A stretch of DNA of 64,000 nt from Ginglymostoma cirratum (taxonomy: Eukaryota). The translations under genes and the position numbers were made by a program. Location: contig JAHRHZ010000035.1 in assembly GCA_024137785.1 (NCBI GenBank), forward strand, positions 24,141,601-24,205,600, in the 5' to 3' direction. The notes beneath the pieces were generated by a model that was not told the origin of the DNA, did no database searches, and worked only from the letters and a program-made list of their open reading frames with translations. Positions 62,890-64,000 of the stretch are shown piece by piece; the first letter of the stretch is position 1, and every line of letters starts with the position of its first letter.

Positions 62890-63505
62890 TTAGCCATTTA
62901 TTTGCATCTTATGCGGCATCGTCTGCCAGTGAACCTGCTTTGCAGCAATTCTTAACCCATTGCTGCTGAAAACTCTTATCCAGACTTTTGTCATATGCCA
63001 ACTCAAATGTATTTAACTTTTTGTTCACCAGCCTTTGAAATACCAACCATCCATCTCCAACTCCTCCAAATGCCTGTTGTCCAAACTTGACTTATCCACC
63101 CTTCTTCCCAATCCTTACTGACCTCTCAGCTCCCAAAACAGAACATTTAGAATCTTAACTCTTAAATCAAATCCTTCCAAACACTTACCATAAATATCTC
63201 TGCAATTTTCTCCATCATCTCAATCTCTCATACCTTCCAGTTCTCTGAATCTGACCTTATCACAAGACCACCACCTTCCATGTTTTCAAACATGCTGCAC
63301 CTATGGATTGAGCTGTTTCAGCACTATGCTTTTGTACTCCCTCATCAAACGTCTTTTGTATATCTCTAAGTTTTCTCAAAATCCACCCCTTTTACCTAGT
63401 TTCTGTTCAGTTCTTCAAACTCTTGAAATTGTTTGGGCATTTTCTTATTCTTTGAGGCATTTTGGGATGTTTCTGCATATCTAACGTACTCAACAAATGT
63501 AATAT
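62890..63505 (+). mobile_element. Decayed L2 LINE 3' part
   Basis: tgctgctgaaaactcttatccagacttttgtca (AAETLIHAFV-like), C/T-rich body, ends gcattttgggatgttt...aaatgtaa. Confidence 0.6.
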
Positions 63506-63840
63506 AGATGTTATTGAGTAGAATACAGCAAATGCATCAAAAAGTATCTTAACTTAGTTATATGGTAAAATCTTAGATTAGTATTTAACAATGAGCAAAA
63601 TAAATAAGACCTTGAAAACAAGGTACAATAAAAGGTGCTTCTTGTCATGAAATAATCCAAAGATGCGCGACCATGCGTAAAACGATTAGTTCTGATCATA
63701 GGTTTTAGTCTGTCAAATAACCCTTGTTTGATGGTGGTGATTTATCAAGATTAACATTATCTATAATGTTGTGCTCTTCAGAATTATCTTAGATTTGTTT
63801 TTATTAACATCTCCATTTTGATTTTTGAATTTGATTTCAG

Positions 63841-63900
63841 GCGCAACCAGTTGATTTAATGGGCATAACAATCAAGTCATTGGCCGAAATAGAAAGAGAA
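63841..63900 (+). CDS. MVB12B: MVB12B penultimate coding exon (UMA domain), 60 nt, phase 0-0
   Basis: ttgatttcAG| acceptor, GAA|GTAAGT donor. Translates AQPVDLMGITIKSLAEIERE (human QPFDLLGITIKSLAEIEKE). The last exon lies beyond the window. Confidence 0.96.
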
Positions 63901-64000
63901 GTAAGTATTTATTTGTAACTCATCATCTGAAAGCCTAAATAATCTCCACACATAATTGAATAAGATACCAACTAGCTGGGATTAAATCACTTAGTTGAAG

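Noticed and set aside
609-63699. Remaining ORF-track entries of 60-160 aa
   Set aside because: They are transposon remnants or random frames in intronic DNA. None coincides in frame with the real exons, and there is no operon-like layout.
63841-63850. Second CAG 10 nt into the last exon
   Set aside because: Out of frame and has no pyrimidine tract of its own.
403-63900. Assignment to the paralogue MVB12A
   Set aside because: The peptides WYRMGRVPR, PNLPRHISLTLP and GITIKSLAEIE match MVB12B as recalled, and the very long introns fit MVB12B.
1-64000. Prokaryotic defence system, CRISPR array or viral insert
   Set aside because: No long ORFs, repeat-spacer arrays or compositional island; the window is explained by a spliced vertebrate gene, its repeats and unique intronic sequence.

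Overview
Eukaryotic, AT-rich, CpG-depleted vertebrate DNA. The repeat content (HE1 SINEs, LF-SINE-like copies, CR1/L2 LINEs, Penelope-like elements) points to a cartilaginous fish, probably a shark. The whole window lies inside one + strand gene, MVB12B (ESCRT-I subunit, FAM125B). Four short coding exons that the ORF track missed (403-534, 32137-32234, 60535-60590, 63841-63900) splice in frame through GT-AG introns of about 31.6, 28.3 and 3.25 kb. They give ...ELNNMGVWYRMGRVPR...PAPNLPR/HISLTLPASFRG...NLYAIS/AMDGVPFTISEKFSSAIEM/AQPVDLMGITIKSLAEIERE (end of MABP domain, linker, UMA domain). The introns mix decayed transposons with repeat-free, homeodomain-motif-rich blocks that look like conserved enhancers; in human this gene lies between PBX3 and LMX1B and hosts the NRON lncRNA. 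I found no prokaryotic or CRISPR-type system. The best leads are: three frame-preserving alternative splice options clustered around the UMA/VPF motif, including a candidate 6-nt microexon; fossil hammerhead ribozymes in Penelope termini; a small Penelope insertion with perfect 29-bp inverted repeats and a target-site duplication; and a 103-bp intronic dsRNA hairpin. Repeat boundaries are read by eye and approximate. Family names and human comparisons are from memory, not from a database search.
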